Source: an uncultured Gemmatimonadaceae bacterium (GTDB lineage: Bacteria > Gemmatimonadota > Gemmatimonadetes > Gemmatimonadales > Gemmatimonadaceae). From it: a DNA stretch of 64,000 nt. Both the position numbers and the translations under genes were made by a program. The notes below the pieces were generated by a model. It did not search any database. It had not been told where the DNA came from and worked only from the letters and a program-made list of their open reading frames with translations. Below are positions 18,356 through 27,567 of this stretch, one piece after another. Numbering within the stretch: the stretch's first letter is position 1; the number at the start of each line of letters is the position of its first letter. The stretch is from assembly GCA_963761305.1 (NCBI GenBank), contig CAVXGK010000002.1, positions 2,432,001 to 2,496,000 of the forward strand, given 5' to 3'.

Positions 18356-19702
18356 CTACCGCCTCGTTTCGCCCCCGGCGTCCAACCAATCCGCCAACGA
18401 ATCGCCCAACTCCTGTATTCTCGCGGCAAGTTCCGGGCGCCCGTTCGTGAGCTGACCGCCGGAAACAAGCGGTTTACCGGCGACCGCCACGAAACTCGCC
18501 CGCGACATCCCGAGTGAAAGCACCGCCGCCGTGGTCGGGTCCGTCGTCGGGGCGACGCCGTCGAGGGGAAAGGCAGCGAGGTCGGCTTGCTTCCCTTCCT
18601 CGAGCGATCCGACCACGTCCGCCAAACCGAGCGCCGCCGCGCTGCCGAGCGTCGCCAGCTCGAGGACGTCTGCCGCCGCCGGCGTCTCGAACGACCCGAG
18701 TCTCGCCCGCTGTGACAGGAGCGCGATACGCGCCTCATCGAGCAGGTCCATGCGGTTGTTGCTGGCAACGGAGTCGGAGCCAAGACCAACCGTGATCCCC
18801 GCCGACAGCATCTCGACCAGCGGCGCGACGCCGTGGCCCAGCTTGGCATTCGAGACCGGACAATGCGCGACGGCGCAGCCGCTCCTCGCGATCGCGTCGA
18901 TGTCGGCGGCATCGACGCGCACGCAGTGGATCAATAGCGGTTGCACGGCGAGCACGCCGAGCCGGTCGAGCATGTCGACGGGCGAGCGGCCGCGGATGCC
19001 GACGTGGATGCCGCGTCCACGCAGACTATCGGCAAACGGGCCGGCACCACCGGCGACGAGCCGCTCTTCCTCGGTGCTCTCGGCGACGTGGATGGCCATC
19101 GGCAGGCCGTGTTGCCGCGCGAAGTCGGTCGTCGCGCGAAAGAGTTGATCGGAAACCGTGTACGGCGCGTGCGGCGACACGCCGACTTTGACGAGCGGCG
19201 TCTCGAGGTAGCGCAGGTTCGCGACTTTCTCTCGCAGTCCGCCGATCGACGCGTCGCACACCGCCGGGTCGGGACCGAACACTTCCTGGTAGACGATGCC
19301 GCGCACGCCGGATTCGCGCATCGCCCGCACGACGACGCCGGATTCGCTCGTGTCGGCGTAGGTCGTGATGCCGGCGCGCAAGCCTTCTTCGATTCCGTAG
19401 CGGGCTGAGTCGAGCAGCGCATCGGCGTCGAGCACGTCTCGGCGGGCGCTGGTGAGGCGGAGGATCCAGCGGCGGAAGTCGAGGTCCTCGAGGAAGCCGC
19501 GCATCGCGGTGAGCTCGAGGTGCGTGTGCGCGTTGACGAGCCCGGGCAGGAGTAACACGTCGCCGAGGTCGCGCTCGTCTCCCGGCGGACCTTCGCCACT
19601 GGGTCCGACGAACGCGATGCGATCGCCGTCGACGGCGACGACACCGTCGGGCAGCGGCTCGGAGACGATCGGCACGACCCAACGCGCGCGATATCTGATC
19701 AC
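18356..19702 (-). CDS. Amidohydrolase family protein (MTA/SAH deaminase-like)
   Basis: PGLVNAHTHLE, SPHAPYT, IHVAES, HCPVSNAKLG, GLGSDS, GKQADL. Confidence 0.9.
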   Translation of the reverse strand: MIRYRARWVVPIVSEPLPDGVVAVDGDRIAFVGPSGEGPPGDERDLGDVLLLPGLVNAHTHLELTAMRGFLEDLDFRRWILRLTSARRDVLDADALLDSARYGIEEGLRAGITTYADTSESGVVVRAMRESGVRGIVYQEVFGPDPAVCDASIGGLREKVANLRYLETPLVKVGVSPHAPYTVSDQLFRATTDFARQHGLPMAIHVAESTEEERLVAGGAGPFADSLRGRGIHVGIRGRSPVDMLDRLGVLAVQPLLIHCVRVDAADIDAIARSGCAVAHCPVSNAKLGHGVAPLVEMLSAGITVGLGSDSVASNNRMDLLDEARIALLSQRARLGSFETPAAADVLELATLGSAAALGLADVVGSLEEGKQADLAAFPLDGVAPTTDPTTAAVLSLGMSRASFVAVAGKPLVSGGQLTNGRPELAARIQELGDSLADWLDAGGETRR

Positions 19703-19753
19703 GCGAGAAAGATATGAGTTTCTGGGGCGGGGCTGTGGACCTAAGTTTGTCCC

Positions 19754-21037
19754 ATGCCAAAGCCGGGATTGCTCGATGAGCTGAAGTGGCGCGGTCTCCT
19801 ATACCAGCACACGGATTCAGTCGCCGACGCGCTCGCATCCGGTCCGGTGTCGGGGTACATAGGCTTCGACCCGACCGCACCGAGCCTGCACATCGGCACG
19901 TTGCTCGTGATCATGCTGCTCGTGCGGCTGCAGGAGCATGGGCACAAGCCCGTCGCGCTGGCGGGCGGAGGCACGGGGCTGATCGGCGATCCGTCGGGCA
20001 AGGGATCGGAGCGACCGCTCGCCGACGCGGCGACGATCGCCACGAACACGGCGGCGATCGGCAAGCAGCTCGAGCGTTTTCTCGATTTCACGGGCTCGAA
20101 CGCCGCGCGACTGCTCGACAACGCCGAGTGGCTCGTGTCGCTCAAGGCGGTGGAGTTCATGCGCGACGTCGGCAAGCACTTCACCGTGAACTACATGCTG
20201 CAGAAAGACTCGGTGCAAGGCCGCATGGAAGCGGGCATCTCGTACACCGAGTTCTCGTACATGCTGCTTCAGGCGTACGATTTTCTCGAGTTGCGCCGCC
20301 GCCACGACGTGCGATTGCAGATGGGTGGCAGCGATCAGTGGGGAAACATCACGGCGGGCATCGAGCTGATTCGCCGGAGCACGGGACAGGACGCGCACGC
20401 GATCACGTCGCCGCTGGTCACGACGTCGGCCGGCACGAAGTTCGGCAAGACGGAAGCCGGCGCCGTGTGGCTCGACGCGTCGCTGACGTCGCCGTACAAG
20501 TTCTATCAATTCCTGGTGAACGTCGACGACCGCGACGCCGGCCGCTACCTGCGCTACTTCACGATGCTGACGCGCGAGGCGATCGAGGCGCACGAACAGT
20601 CGGTCGAGTCGGCGCCGGAGAAGCGCGGGGCGCAGCATGCGCTCGCCGCTGAAGTCACGACGCGGGTGCACGGCGAACGCGCGGCCGCGACGGCGCGCGA
20701 GGTGTCGGACCTGCTCTTCGGCGGGGGCGATCCGCGCGCGCTCTCACGCGACGCACTGGCGGCGCTCGCCGTCGAGATCCCCGTGTTCACCGTGTCGTTC
20801 ACGGACCAGCTCACCACCTTCGACGTGCTCGACGCGGTGTGCGCCGGGCCGGACGCGCTGTTCAAGAGCAAGGGGGACATGCGGCGCATGGTCCAGCAAG
20901 GCGGCGTTTACCTGAACGGCCGGCGACTCGGTCCCGAGCGCGAGCCGATCGGATTCGGCGAGCTCCTCGGCGGCGAGTATCTGTTGATTCGAAAAGGCGC
21001 AAAGACGTATGCTCTCGTTCGGGTGAGGCGGTCTTGA
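19754..21037 (+). CDS. tyrS: Tyrosine--tRNA ligase
   Basis: GFDPTAPSLHIG, LLQAYDF, QMGGSDQWGNI, KFGKT, C-terminal S4 domain. Confidence 0.98.
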   Translation: MPKPGLLDELKWRGLLYQHTDSVADALASGPVSGYIGFDPTAPSLHIGTLLVIMLLVRLQEHGHKPVALAGGGTGLIGDPSGKGSERPLADAATIATNTAAIGKQLERFLDFTGSNAARLLDNAEWLVSLKAVEFMRDVGKHFTVNYMLQKDSVQGRMEAGISYTEFSYMLLQAYDFLELRRRHDVRLQMGGSDQWGNITAGIELIRRSTGQDAHAITSPLVTTSAGTKFGKTEAGAVWLDASLTSPYKFYQFLVNVDDRDAGRYLRYFTMLTREAIEAHEQSVESAPEKRGAQHALAAEVTTRVHGERAAATAREVSDLLFGGGDPRALSRDALAALAVEIPVFTVSFTDQLTTFDVLDAVCAGPDALFKSKGDMRRMVQQGGVYLNGRRLGPEREPIGFGELLGGEYLLIRKGAKTYALVRVRRS

Positions 21038-21123
21038 CGCGATAGGGCTGGGCCGTAATTGTATGCAGGACGGGTGGACGGGTGGACCGGTATGCCGTGG
21101 ACCGCAAGCGGACGGAGGCCCGG

Positions 21124-22005
21124 ATGGCGATGCGACGATTTTTCGTTGCGGCAATCATCGCCTCGATGGCGCCGGCGCTTGCGAATGCGCAGTCGGCGAC
21201 GACGTTCGCCGGCGTGGTGACGGATTCGACGAACCAGCCGATCGCCAACGCCGAGGTGACGCTGCCGGATCTCGGCAAAGGCACCGCGACCAACGAGCAG
21301 GGCGCGTTCGTGCTCCGTGACATTCCCGCCGGCTCGCAGCGCGTGCTCGTGCGCCACGTCGGCTACGGTCCCGTCGAAGCGCAGCTGACGTTCGCCAGCG
21401 GACAGATGATCCAGCGGCACATCACCATGGTGCGGAGCACGACGCTGGACTCAGTCGTCGTCCAGGCGAAGTCGGTCGATCACCAGCTCGACGACTTCGA
21501 GGTCAACAAGAAGCTCGGCCTCGGTCACTTCCTGACGCGGGCCGAGTTGGCGCCGCAGGAGGGGCGATCGACAGGTGGGGTGTTGACAACGATGCCGGGA
21601 GTCAAGGTCTTTGCGATCGGATCGTATGCATGGGTCGGGTCGGGACGTCACAACGCGACGTCGCTGCGGCCAGAAGTCGATTTGGATGTCGCGGACAAGC
21701 TGAAGCGAGCGCCGCTCTGGGACTGTTATGCCCTGGTCTACGTCGACGATCACCTCGTCTTTCGTGGACAGAAGCGCTTGGCTGGAGGCGCTGAGCACGC
21801 GTCGGCCCCCTACGTGTGGGAGCCACTGTTCGACATCAACAGCATTCCGGTCTCGGAAATCGAGGCAATCGAGTACTACGCGAGTTCCGCTGAAACCCCG
21901 ACAAAGTACAGCACGCTCAATTCCCAATGCGGCGTTCTCGTCATCCACACGCTTCGATTTCACCCGACCGACGCGACGTCGGCCGGAGGCAAGCCGCCGC
22001 GATGA
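21124..22005 (+). CDS. Secreted carboxypeptidase-regulatory-like domain plus TonB-plug-like domain, no beta-barrel (paralog A)
   Basis: GGAGG RBS, signal peptide ANA-Q, GVVTDSTNQPIANAEV..TNEQGAF..GY, LDSVVV, LVYVDD, IEAIEYY..CGVLVIHT. Confidence 0.75.
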   Translation: MAMRRFFVAAIIASMAPALANAQSATTFAGVVTDSTNQPIANAEVTLPDLGKGTATNEQGAFVLRDIPAGSQRVLVRHVGYGPVEAQLTFASGQMIQRHITMVRSTTLDSVVVQAKSVDHQLDDFEVNKKLGLGHFLTRAELAPQEGRSTGGVLTTMPGVKVFAIGSYAWVGSGRHNATSLRPEVDLDVADKLKRAPLWDCYALVYVDDHLVFRGQKRLAGGAEHASAPYVWEPLFDINSIPVSEIEAIEYYASSAETPTKYSTLNSQCGVLVIHTLRFHPTDATSAGGKPPR

Positions 22006-23465
22006 CACTAAAGCGATGCTGTACCGCGGCAATCGTCGCGTCGATGGCCGTGCACGCGGTAGACGCGCAAACGATTCGCGGAACCATCGTCGATTCAGCG
22101 TCCGGCAAAGGCGTTGCGCGTGCGCGCGTGAGCGTAAGCGGCGCGGCACTCCAGGCGACAACGGATTCGCTCGGGCGATTCACGATTGCAGGCGCCCCGG
22201 GCGGCGAGCAGATGTTGGCCATTCACACGGCGTCGCTCGATTCGCTGAACGCGGGGTACTCGGCGCCGGTGACCGTAGGAAGCGGAACGACGAACGTCGC
22301 CGTGCGCGTGCCGAGCGCGTTGCAGATCGCGGCGACGGCGTGCGGAAGCGGCTACGGCACCGGCGGAATTCTGTTGGGCAAGCTTCGGATCGACGGAGAC
22401 TCGACGGCTCCGCTCTCGGGCACGGTGAGCGCGGAGTGGGGGGCGCGTCCCTCCGGAACGGATGCGACGGGGGTGCGCGCGCCCGGCGATTCGCGTTGGG
22501 TCTCCGCGACGGCTGACGCGCGCGGACGATTCGCGCTCTGTGGCATTCCGCTCGACACCGTGGTCACGCTCAAAGCCCTGACGGATCGCGCGAGCGGCCA
22601 GTCGGGCAATCTGCGCGTGCCGGCATCAGCGCGATTCGCGCGAACGGAGATCGTGCTCCGCAAAGAGGTCGCGACGACCGGGATCCTGGCCGGCCTCGTC
22701 ACCGATTCCGCGAACGTGCCGATCGGGGGCGTCGAGGTGGGCTTGCCCGATCTTTCGAAGACGACGTTGACGAACGAACAAGGCGCGTTCGCGTTGCGTG
22801 ACGTTCCACCTGGCGCACAGCGCGTGTTGGTTCGACGCGTTGGATACGGGCCGGTCGAGGCGCAGGTCGCGATCGAAGCGGGTCGCACTGTCGAGCGGCA
22901 CATCCGGATGGTTCGCGCGGCGCGCCTCGACTCCGTTGTCGTGACCGAGAAGGTCGTCGATCACCAGCTCGACGACTTCGAGGTCAACAAGAAGCTCGGC
23001 CTCGGCCACTTCCTCACGCGTGCCGAACTGTCGCCGCAAGAGGGGCGATCAACCGGTGCGGTGTTGACAACGATGCCAGGAATCAAGGTTTTTGCGATCG
23101 GATCGTACGCGTGGGTGGGATCAGGGCGTCACAACGCGACGTCGTTCGGCGGCAATGCTCAAGGGCAATTGGACCAGTCAGACGTGGCGAAGCGGGCGCC
23201 GCGCTGGGACTGCTACGCTCTGGTCTACGTCGACGATCACCTCGTGTTCCGCAATCAGATCCACTCGGGGGTGGTGGAACCACTTTTCGACATCAATAGC
23301 ATCCCGGTCGCCGAGATCGAGGCCATCGAGTACTACGCGAGCGCCGCCGAGACGCCGACGAAGTACAGCACTCTCAATTCCCAGTGCGGCGTGCTGGTCA
23401 TCCACACGATCCGCTATCACCCGACCGACACGACGTTGGCCTCGACGAAACCGCCTGAACGCTGA
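22002..23465 (+). CDS. Secreted protein with repeated carboxypeptidase-regulatory-like domains plus TonB-plug-like domain, no barrel (paralog B)
   Basis: ATGA overlap; about three GxxxD/TDxxGxF domains; C-terminal part nearly identical to paralog A. Confidence 0.75.
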   Translation: MTLKRCCTAAIVASMAVHAVDAQTIRGTIVDSASGKGVARARVSVSGAALQATTDSLGRFTIAGAPGGEQMLAIHTASLDSLNAGYSAPVTVGSGTTNVAVRVPSALQIAATACGSGYGTGGILLGKLRIDGDSTAPLSGTVSAEWGARPSGTDATGVRAPGDSRWVSATADARGRFALCGIPLDTVVTLKALTDRASGQSGNLRVPASARFARTEIVLRKEVATTGILAGLVTDSANVPIGGVEVGLPDLSKTTLTNEQGAFALRDVPPGAQRVLVRRVGYGPVEAQVAIEAGRTVERHIRMVRAARLDSVVVTEKVVDHQLDDFEVNKKLGLGHFLTRAELSPQEGRSTGAVLTTMPGIKVFAIGSYAWVGSGRHNATSFGGNAQGQLDQSDVAKRAPRWDCYALVYVDDHLVFRNQIHSGVVEPLFDINSIPVAEIEAIEYYASAAETPTKYSTLNSQCGVLVIHTIRYHPTDTTLASTKPPER

Positions 23466-23477
23466 CGACGCGTGGCG

Positions 23478-24653
23478 CTACGACGCGATGAGCGCCAGCG
23501 CGCGATCGATCTCGTCGTCGCTGTTGTAGAAGTGCGGCGAGAATCGGATCGCGCCCTCGCGGAACGAATGCACAACGCCAGCCGCTGACAGCCGCCGACT
23601 CGCCGCGAGCGCCTCGATCGGGCGGACGGCGATCGACGCCGCGCGATAGCGAGGATCGGCCGGCGTCACCAGCTCGACGTCGTCGCGCGCCACCGCCCAG
23701 TTCACGATCCGCTCGCCGAGCCGCTGCGCGCAGCGCGCCACATTCGCGAAGCCGACCTCGGCGAACAGGTCGAGGCTCGCGTTCATCCCCGCGTAGTCCT
23801 GATACGGCAGCGTCACGAACTCGAAGCGTCGCGCGTCCTGCCGCCACTTGAGATCGTAGTTCGTGAGGCGCGTGAAGTCGTCCGAGCCTTCGACCGACAT
23901 CCAGCTCACGTCGTGCGGCTCGAGCTTTTCTATGAGTGGCTGGCGCACGTACACGAACGCGGCGCCCCATGGCGAGAGGAGCCATTTCTGCGCGCCGCAG
24001 GCGAGAATGTCGACGTGCGTCGTCGAGAGGTCGAGCGTGAGCGGCCCGAGTCCCTGAATCGCGTCGACGACGAAGTACACGCCGCGCTCGCGACACAAGC
24101 CGCCGAGCGCAGCGAGATCGACGCGGGCGCCGGACGCGAACTGCACCCACGACACGGTCACGACTTTCACGCGCTCGTCCTCCAGCTCGCGCTCGAGACG
24201 GTCGCGGTGCAGCACGCCGTCGTCGCACTCGAGGCGGCGATACTCGATCCCGCGACGCTCGGCGAGATGCATCCATGGATACACGTTCGCAGGAAATTCG
24301 AGATCCGGGGACAGGACGACGTCGCCATGTTTCAACGGAAGCGAGAACGCGGCGAGGTTGATGCCGAACGTCGTGTTCGTCGCCAGCGCGATCTCGGCGG
24401 GGCTGGCGCCGATCATCGACGCGACGATCTCGCGCGACTTGGCGAGCGTACCGAATTGCAGCTCCTGCGACACCAGCGTCGGGTTCGCGCGGAACCGGTT
24501 CCACTCGTCGAGCACGGCGATCGTGCGCTGCGGATACGGTCCGGTGGACGCGTGATTCAGAAAAATCGTCTTGCCGGTCGTGACGGCGGGAAATTCCTCG
24601 CGACGCAATGCGTCGAGATCGAACGATGCGTCCGCTTCTACGAGTGAGCTCAC
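23478..24653 (-). CDS. Class V PLP-dependent aminotransferase (cysteine desulfurase-like)
   Basis: FLNHASTGP, EFPANVYPW, VDAIQGLG, GAQKWLLSPWG, RFSPHFYN. Confidence 0.9.
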   Translation of the reverse strand: MSSLVEADASFDLDALRREEFPAVTTGKTIFLNHASTGPYPQRTIAVLDEWNRFRANPTLVSQELQFGTLAKSREIVASMIGASPAEIALATNTTFGINLAAFSLPLKHGDVVLSPDLEFPANVYPWMHLAERRGIEYRRLECDDGVLHRDRLERELEDERVKVVTVSWVQFASGARVDLAALGGLCRERGVYFVVDAIQGLGPLTLDLSTTHVDILACGAQKWLLSPWGAAFVYVRQPLIEKLEPHDVSWMSVEGSDDFTRLTNYDLKWRQDARRFEFVTLPYQDYAGMNASLDLFAEVGFANVARCAQRLGERIVNWAVARDDVELVTPADPRYRAASIAVRPIEALAASRRLSAAGVVHSFREGAIRFSPHFYNSDDEIDRALALIAS

Positions 24654-24666
24654 GAATCTCGCCTCA

Positions 24667-25539
24667 CTAAGTCGCCGGGTTGGTCAACGCGCTGGGCATT
24701 CTCGTCTTGAGCGTGCGCGGGTCGAGCGCGTCGCGCAACGCGTCGCCGAGGAGGTTGAAGCCGAGCACCGCGGCACCGATCGCCAGTCCGGGGAAGACCG
24801 ACGTCCACGGCGCGTGGCGCAGCTGATACAGATCGCGTCCGTCGGCGATCATCGCGCCCCAACTTGGCGTCGGCGGCTGCACGCCGAGTCCGAGGAACGA
24901 CAGTGACGACTCGGCGATGATCGCGCCGGCCACGCCCAAGGTCGCGGCGATGACGACCGGCGCGACGACACTCGGCAATACGTGCAGCAGGATGACGCGA
25001 GCGTCGCGCGCGCCCAAGGCGCGCTCAGCTTGCACGAATTCCAGTTCTCGCACGACGAGCACCTGGCCGCGGACGATGCGCGCCATGCCCGCCCACCCGA
25101 CGACGCCGATCGTCACGAAGACGACGGTGAGACTCGGCTGCAAGGCGGCGACGAGCGCGATGAGCAGCAGCAGCGTCGGAAACGCGAGCGTGACGTCGGC
25201 GAGGCGCATCACCAGCTCGTCCACCCACCGGCCGTAGTAGCCAGCGACGAGACCGAGCAGCACGCCGAGCGAAAGCGCGATTCCCTGCGAGACGATGCCG
25301 ACGGTGAGCGAGATGCGCGAACCATAGACGAGCCGCGCCCACACGTCGCGTCCCTGCACGTCCGTCCCGAACCAGTGCGCGGTCGACGGTGGCTCCAGTG
25401 AGTTGACGAGATCGATGCCGTACGGACTGTGACGAGCGACGAGCGGCGCCAGGATGGCGAGCAGCACCAGCAGAACGATCACACCCGCTCCGAACCACGC
25501 GCGACGATCGGTGCGGAGACGATCGGTCGCGCGGCTCAC
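24667..25539 (-). CDS. Peptide/nickel ABC transporter permease (DppC/OppC)
   Basis: HWFGTDVQGRD, EFVQAERALGA (EAA loop), ESSLSFLGLG, FNLLGDALRDALDPR; GTGA overlap start. Confidence 0.93.
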   Translation of the reverse strand: MSRATDRLRTDRRAWFGAGVIVLLVLLAILAPLVARHSPYGIDLVNSLEPPSTAHWFGTDVQGRDVWARLVYGSRISLTVGIVSQGIALSLGVLLGLVAGYYGRWVDELVMRLADVTLAFPTLLLLIALVAALQPSLTVVFVTIGVVGWAGMARIVRGQVLVVRELEFVQAERALGARDARVILLHVLPSVVAPVVIAATLGVAGAIIAESSLSFLGLGVQPPTPSWGAMIADGRDLYQLRHAPWTSVFPGLAIGAAVLGFNLLGDALRDALDPRTLKTRMPSALTNPAT

Positions 25540-26456
25540 AATGGATCTCCAAACTCGGCCGGCGTGCCCGGCCGCTGGTGCTTCCAACGGCGATGATGCC
25601 AGAAATACTGCTCCGGCGCACTGCGCACGTGGCGCTCGAGCGCCTGCGTGTAATCGGCGACGATGCGATCTACGTCGATCTCGCGATCTCCCGTCTCCAC
25701 CGTATTGATCGCCTCGAACGTGATCATGTAGCGGCCGGACGGACGCCGCACCACGGCGCCGAACACGACCGGCGCGCCCAGCCGCAGCGCGAAGACCGCC
25801 GGACCACGCGGCGTCTTGGCGAATCGTCCGAAGAACGGCACCCACGTGGACGCGAGACCGACCGCGCCCTGATCGACGAGAAACGCGACGACACGGCCGG
25901 CGCGCAGCGAACGCGGCACGCGCTTCACCGCTTCGTCATCGTGGATGATCGACATGCCGATGCGCTCGCGGGTGCGCGTCAGGTAGCGGTCGAAGAGCGG
26001 ATTCGCCATGTGTCGTGCGACGGCATCGATCGGGATGCCGCGCGCGGCGACGTACGCGCCGCCGAGCTCCCAGTTTCCGAGATGTCCGGTGGCGACGATG
26101 AGTCCTTTGCCGCGCGCGAGCCGCTCTTCGACGATGCTCCAGCCGTGCACTTCCTCGAACAGCTCGATGATCTGCTGTTTCGATCGCGACGGAAGAAGCG
26201 CCGTCTCGAAGCTCGTGCGGCCGAGGTTTCCGTAGGCCGCGCGCGAGATGCGCTCGATCTCCGCCTTGTCGTGCTCGCCCAGCGCCGCTTCGACCTGCCG
26301 CTCGACGACGAGGCGGCGAATGCCGAGCGGCGCGTAACCCAGGTGGCCGATCGCTTCGCCGATCGAACCGGCGCGCGCGAAGCTGAGCGTTCCCGCCGCG
26401 GCGACAGCGCTGCGGAGCGCGGCGTATTCCGCGCGGTGGGCGAGCGACGGACTCAT
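25536..26456 (-). CDS. Lipid A biosynthesis acyltransferase (LpxL/HtrB family)
   Basis: TGHLGNWE, FLVDQ, VPFFG, PEQYFWHHRRWK. Confidence 0.9.
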   Translation of the reverse strand: MSPSLAHRAEYAALRSAVAAAGTLSFARAGSIGEAIGHLGYAPLGIRRLVVERQVEAALGEHDKAEIERISRAAYGNLGRTSFETALLPSRSKQQIIELFEEVHGWSIVEERLARGKGLIVATGHLGNWELGGAYVAARGIPIDAVARHMANPLFDRYLTRTRERIGMSIIHDDEAVKRVPRSLRAGRVVAFLVDQGAVGLASTWVPFFGRFAKTPRGPAVFALRLGAPVVFGAVVRRPSGRYMITFEAINTVETGDREIDVDRIVADYTQALERHVRSAPEQYFWHHRRWKHQRPGTPAEFGDPL

Positions 26457-26470
26457 CGCGCTTGCGGTGC

Positions 26471-27565
26471 TCAACTGGCCTGTTTCACGCGGTCGGCCGC
26501 GGCGTTCACCGCGTGCTCGAAGCCGTCGACCATCGCGGTCTCGGCAAAGTCGCGCTGCACGCGCGCGCGTCCCGCGTTCCCCATCGCCGCGCAGCGCGCG
26601 CGGTCGGCGATGAACTCCGCGACGTCCGACGCGGTGTTCGGCGGATCTCCCTGCGCGAGCAAGAGGCCCGTGATGCCGTCGGCCACGTATTGCTGCGTGA
26701 GCATCGAACGCTCGGCGATGACGGGCAGCCGGCACGCCATGGCGTCGAGACAACCAAACGCGCCGGCGTCGCCCTCGGCAGCGACCCAGCCGATGTTCGA
26801 GCCGCGCACCACGGCGCGCGGATCGTCGACGTCGCCGAGAAAGGTCACCGAGGCGTTGACGGCGAGCGCCGACGCGTGCATGCGAAGCGCTTCGTCGAGC
26901 GAGCCGGGCCCGAACACGACGGCGTGCAATTCGGGATGGCGCGGCGTCAGGAGCGCGAGCGCGCGCAGCACGTTGGCGATGCGCGCACGGCCCGTCGGTT
27001 CGTACGGACACGCGATGAGCAGCGCGTCGGCGGGAAGCCCGATGTCGGCACGCGGCGCCGGCTCGACCGAATCGAACGACGCCGGGTCGACGCCGAGCGG
27101 AGCGACGCTCGGCGGAACGGCCCAGCCCTTGAGCGCGGACTCCGTCGCGTCCTTCTCCGACGAGAAAATGAGACCAGACTTGGCGAGTTTGAGGGCGAGT
27201 CGTCCGCCGCGTCTGAGCTCGACGCGCTCGAGCGGCCGCACGTGTCGCAAGATGGCGCCGCGACTCGAGAGCAGGCGCGCCGACGCGACGACCAGATGAT
27301 CGCGCTCGCTGGTGACGATCGCGACTTCGATCTGTCGGTGCTCCATGGCGCGGCGCAGATCCCACGAATCGCCGGCGGCGGAGGCGGACTTCCCCATCGT
27401 CACCGCGTCGATGCGCGCGTCGGACGTGCGCGCCGCAAGGCGACTTCCTTCGGCGCAGGCGACGGCGACTTCGTGGCCGCGCGCGGCGAGTCCTTTCGCG
27501 GCGGCCATCACCACGCGGGTCGAGCCCGACCACGTGGCGCTGCTGACGTAGAAGAGGATGCGCAT
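26471..27565 (-). CDS. GT-B family 4 glycosyltransferase, divergent
   Basis: MRILFY, GLAARGHEVAV, PLGVD, FLGDVDD, DAMACRLPVI, MGNAGRARVQRDF. Confidence 0.8.
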   Translation of the reverse strand: MRILFYVSSATWSGSTRVVMAAAKGLAARGHEVAVACAEGSRLAARTSDARIDAVTMGKSASAAGDSWDLRRAMEHRQIEVAIVTSERDHLVVASARLLSSRGAILRHVRPLERVELRRGGRLALKLAKSGLIFSSEKDATESALKGWAVPPSVAPLGVDPASFDSVEPAPRADIGLPADALLIACPYEPTGRARIANVLRALALLTPRHPELHAVVFGPGSLDEALRMHASALAVNASVTFLGDVDDPRAVVRGSNIGWVAAEGDAGAFGCLDAMACRLPVIAERSMLTQQYVADGITGLLLAQGDPPNTASDVAEFIADRARCAAMGNAGRARVQRDFAETAMVDGFEHAVNAAADRVKQAS

Positions 27566-27567
27566 CG

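Noticed and set aside
17575..18912. 445-aa HNH protein or IscB/Cas9-like nuclease
   Set aside because: The extension overlaps the amidohydrolase; the RBS supports a 194-aa protein with no RuvC or PLMP motifs
21470..23420. Diversity-generating retroelement TR/VR pair in the duplicated plug regions
   Set aside because: Differences are mostly synonymous and not adenine-specific, both copies are coding, and no reverse transcriptase is in the window
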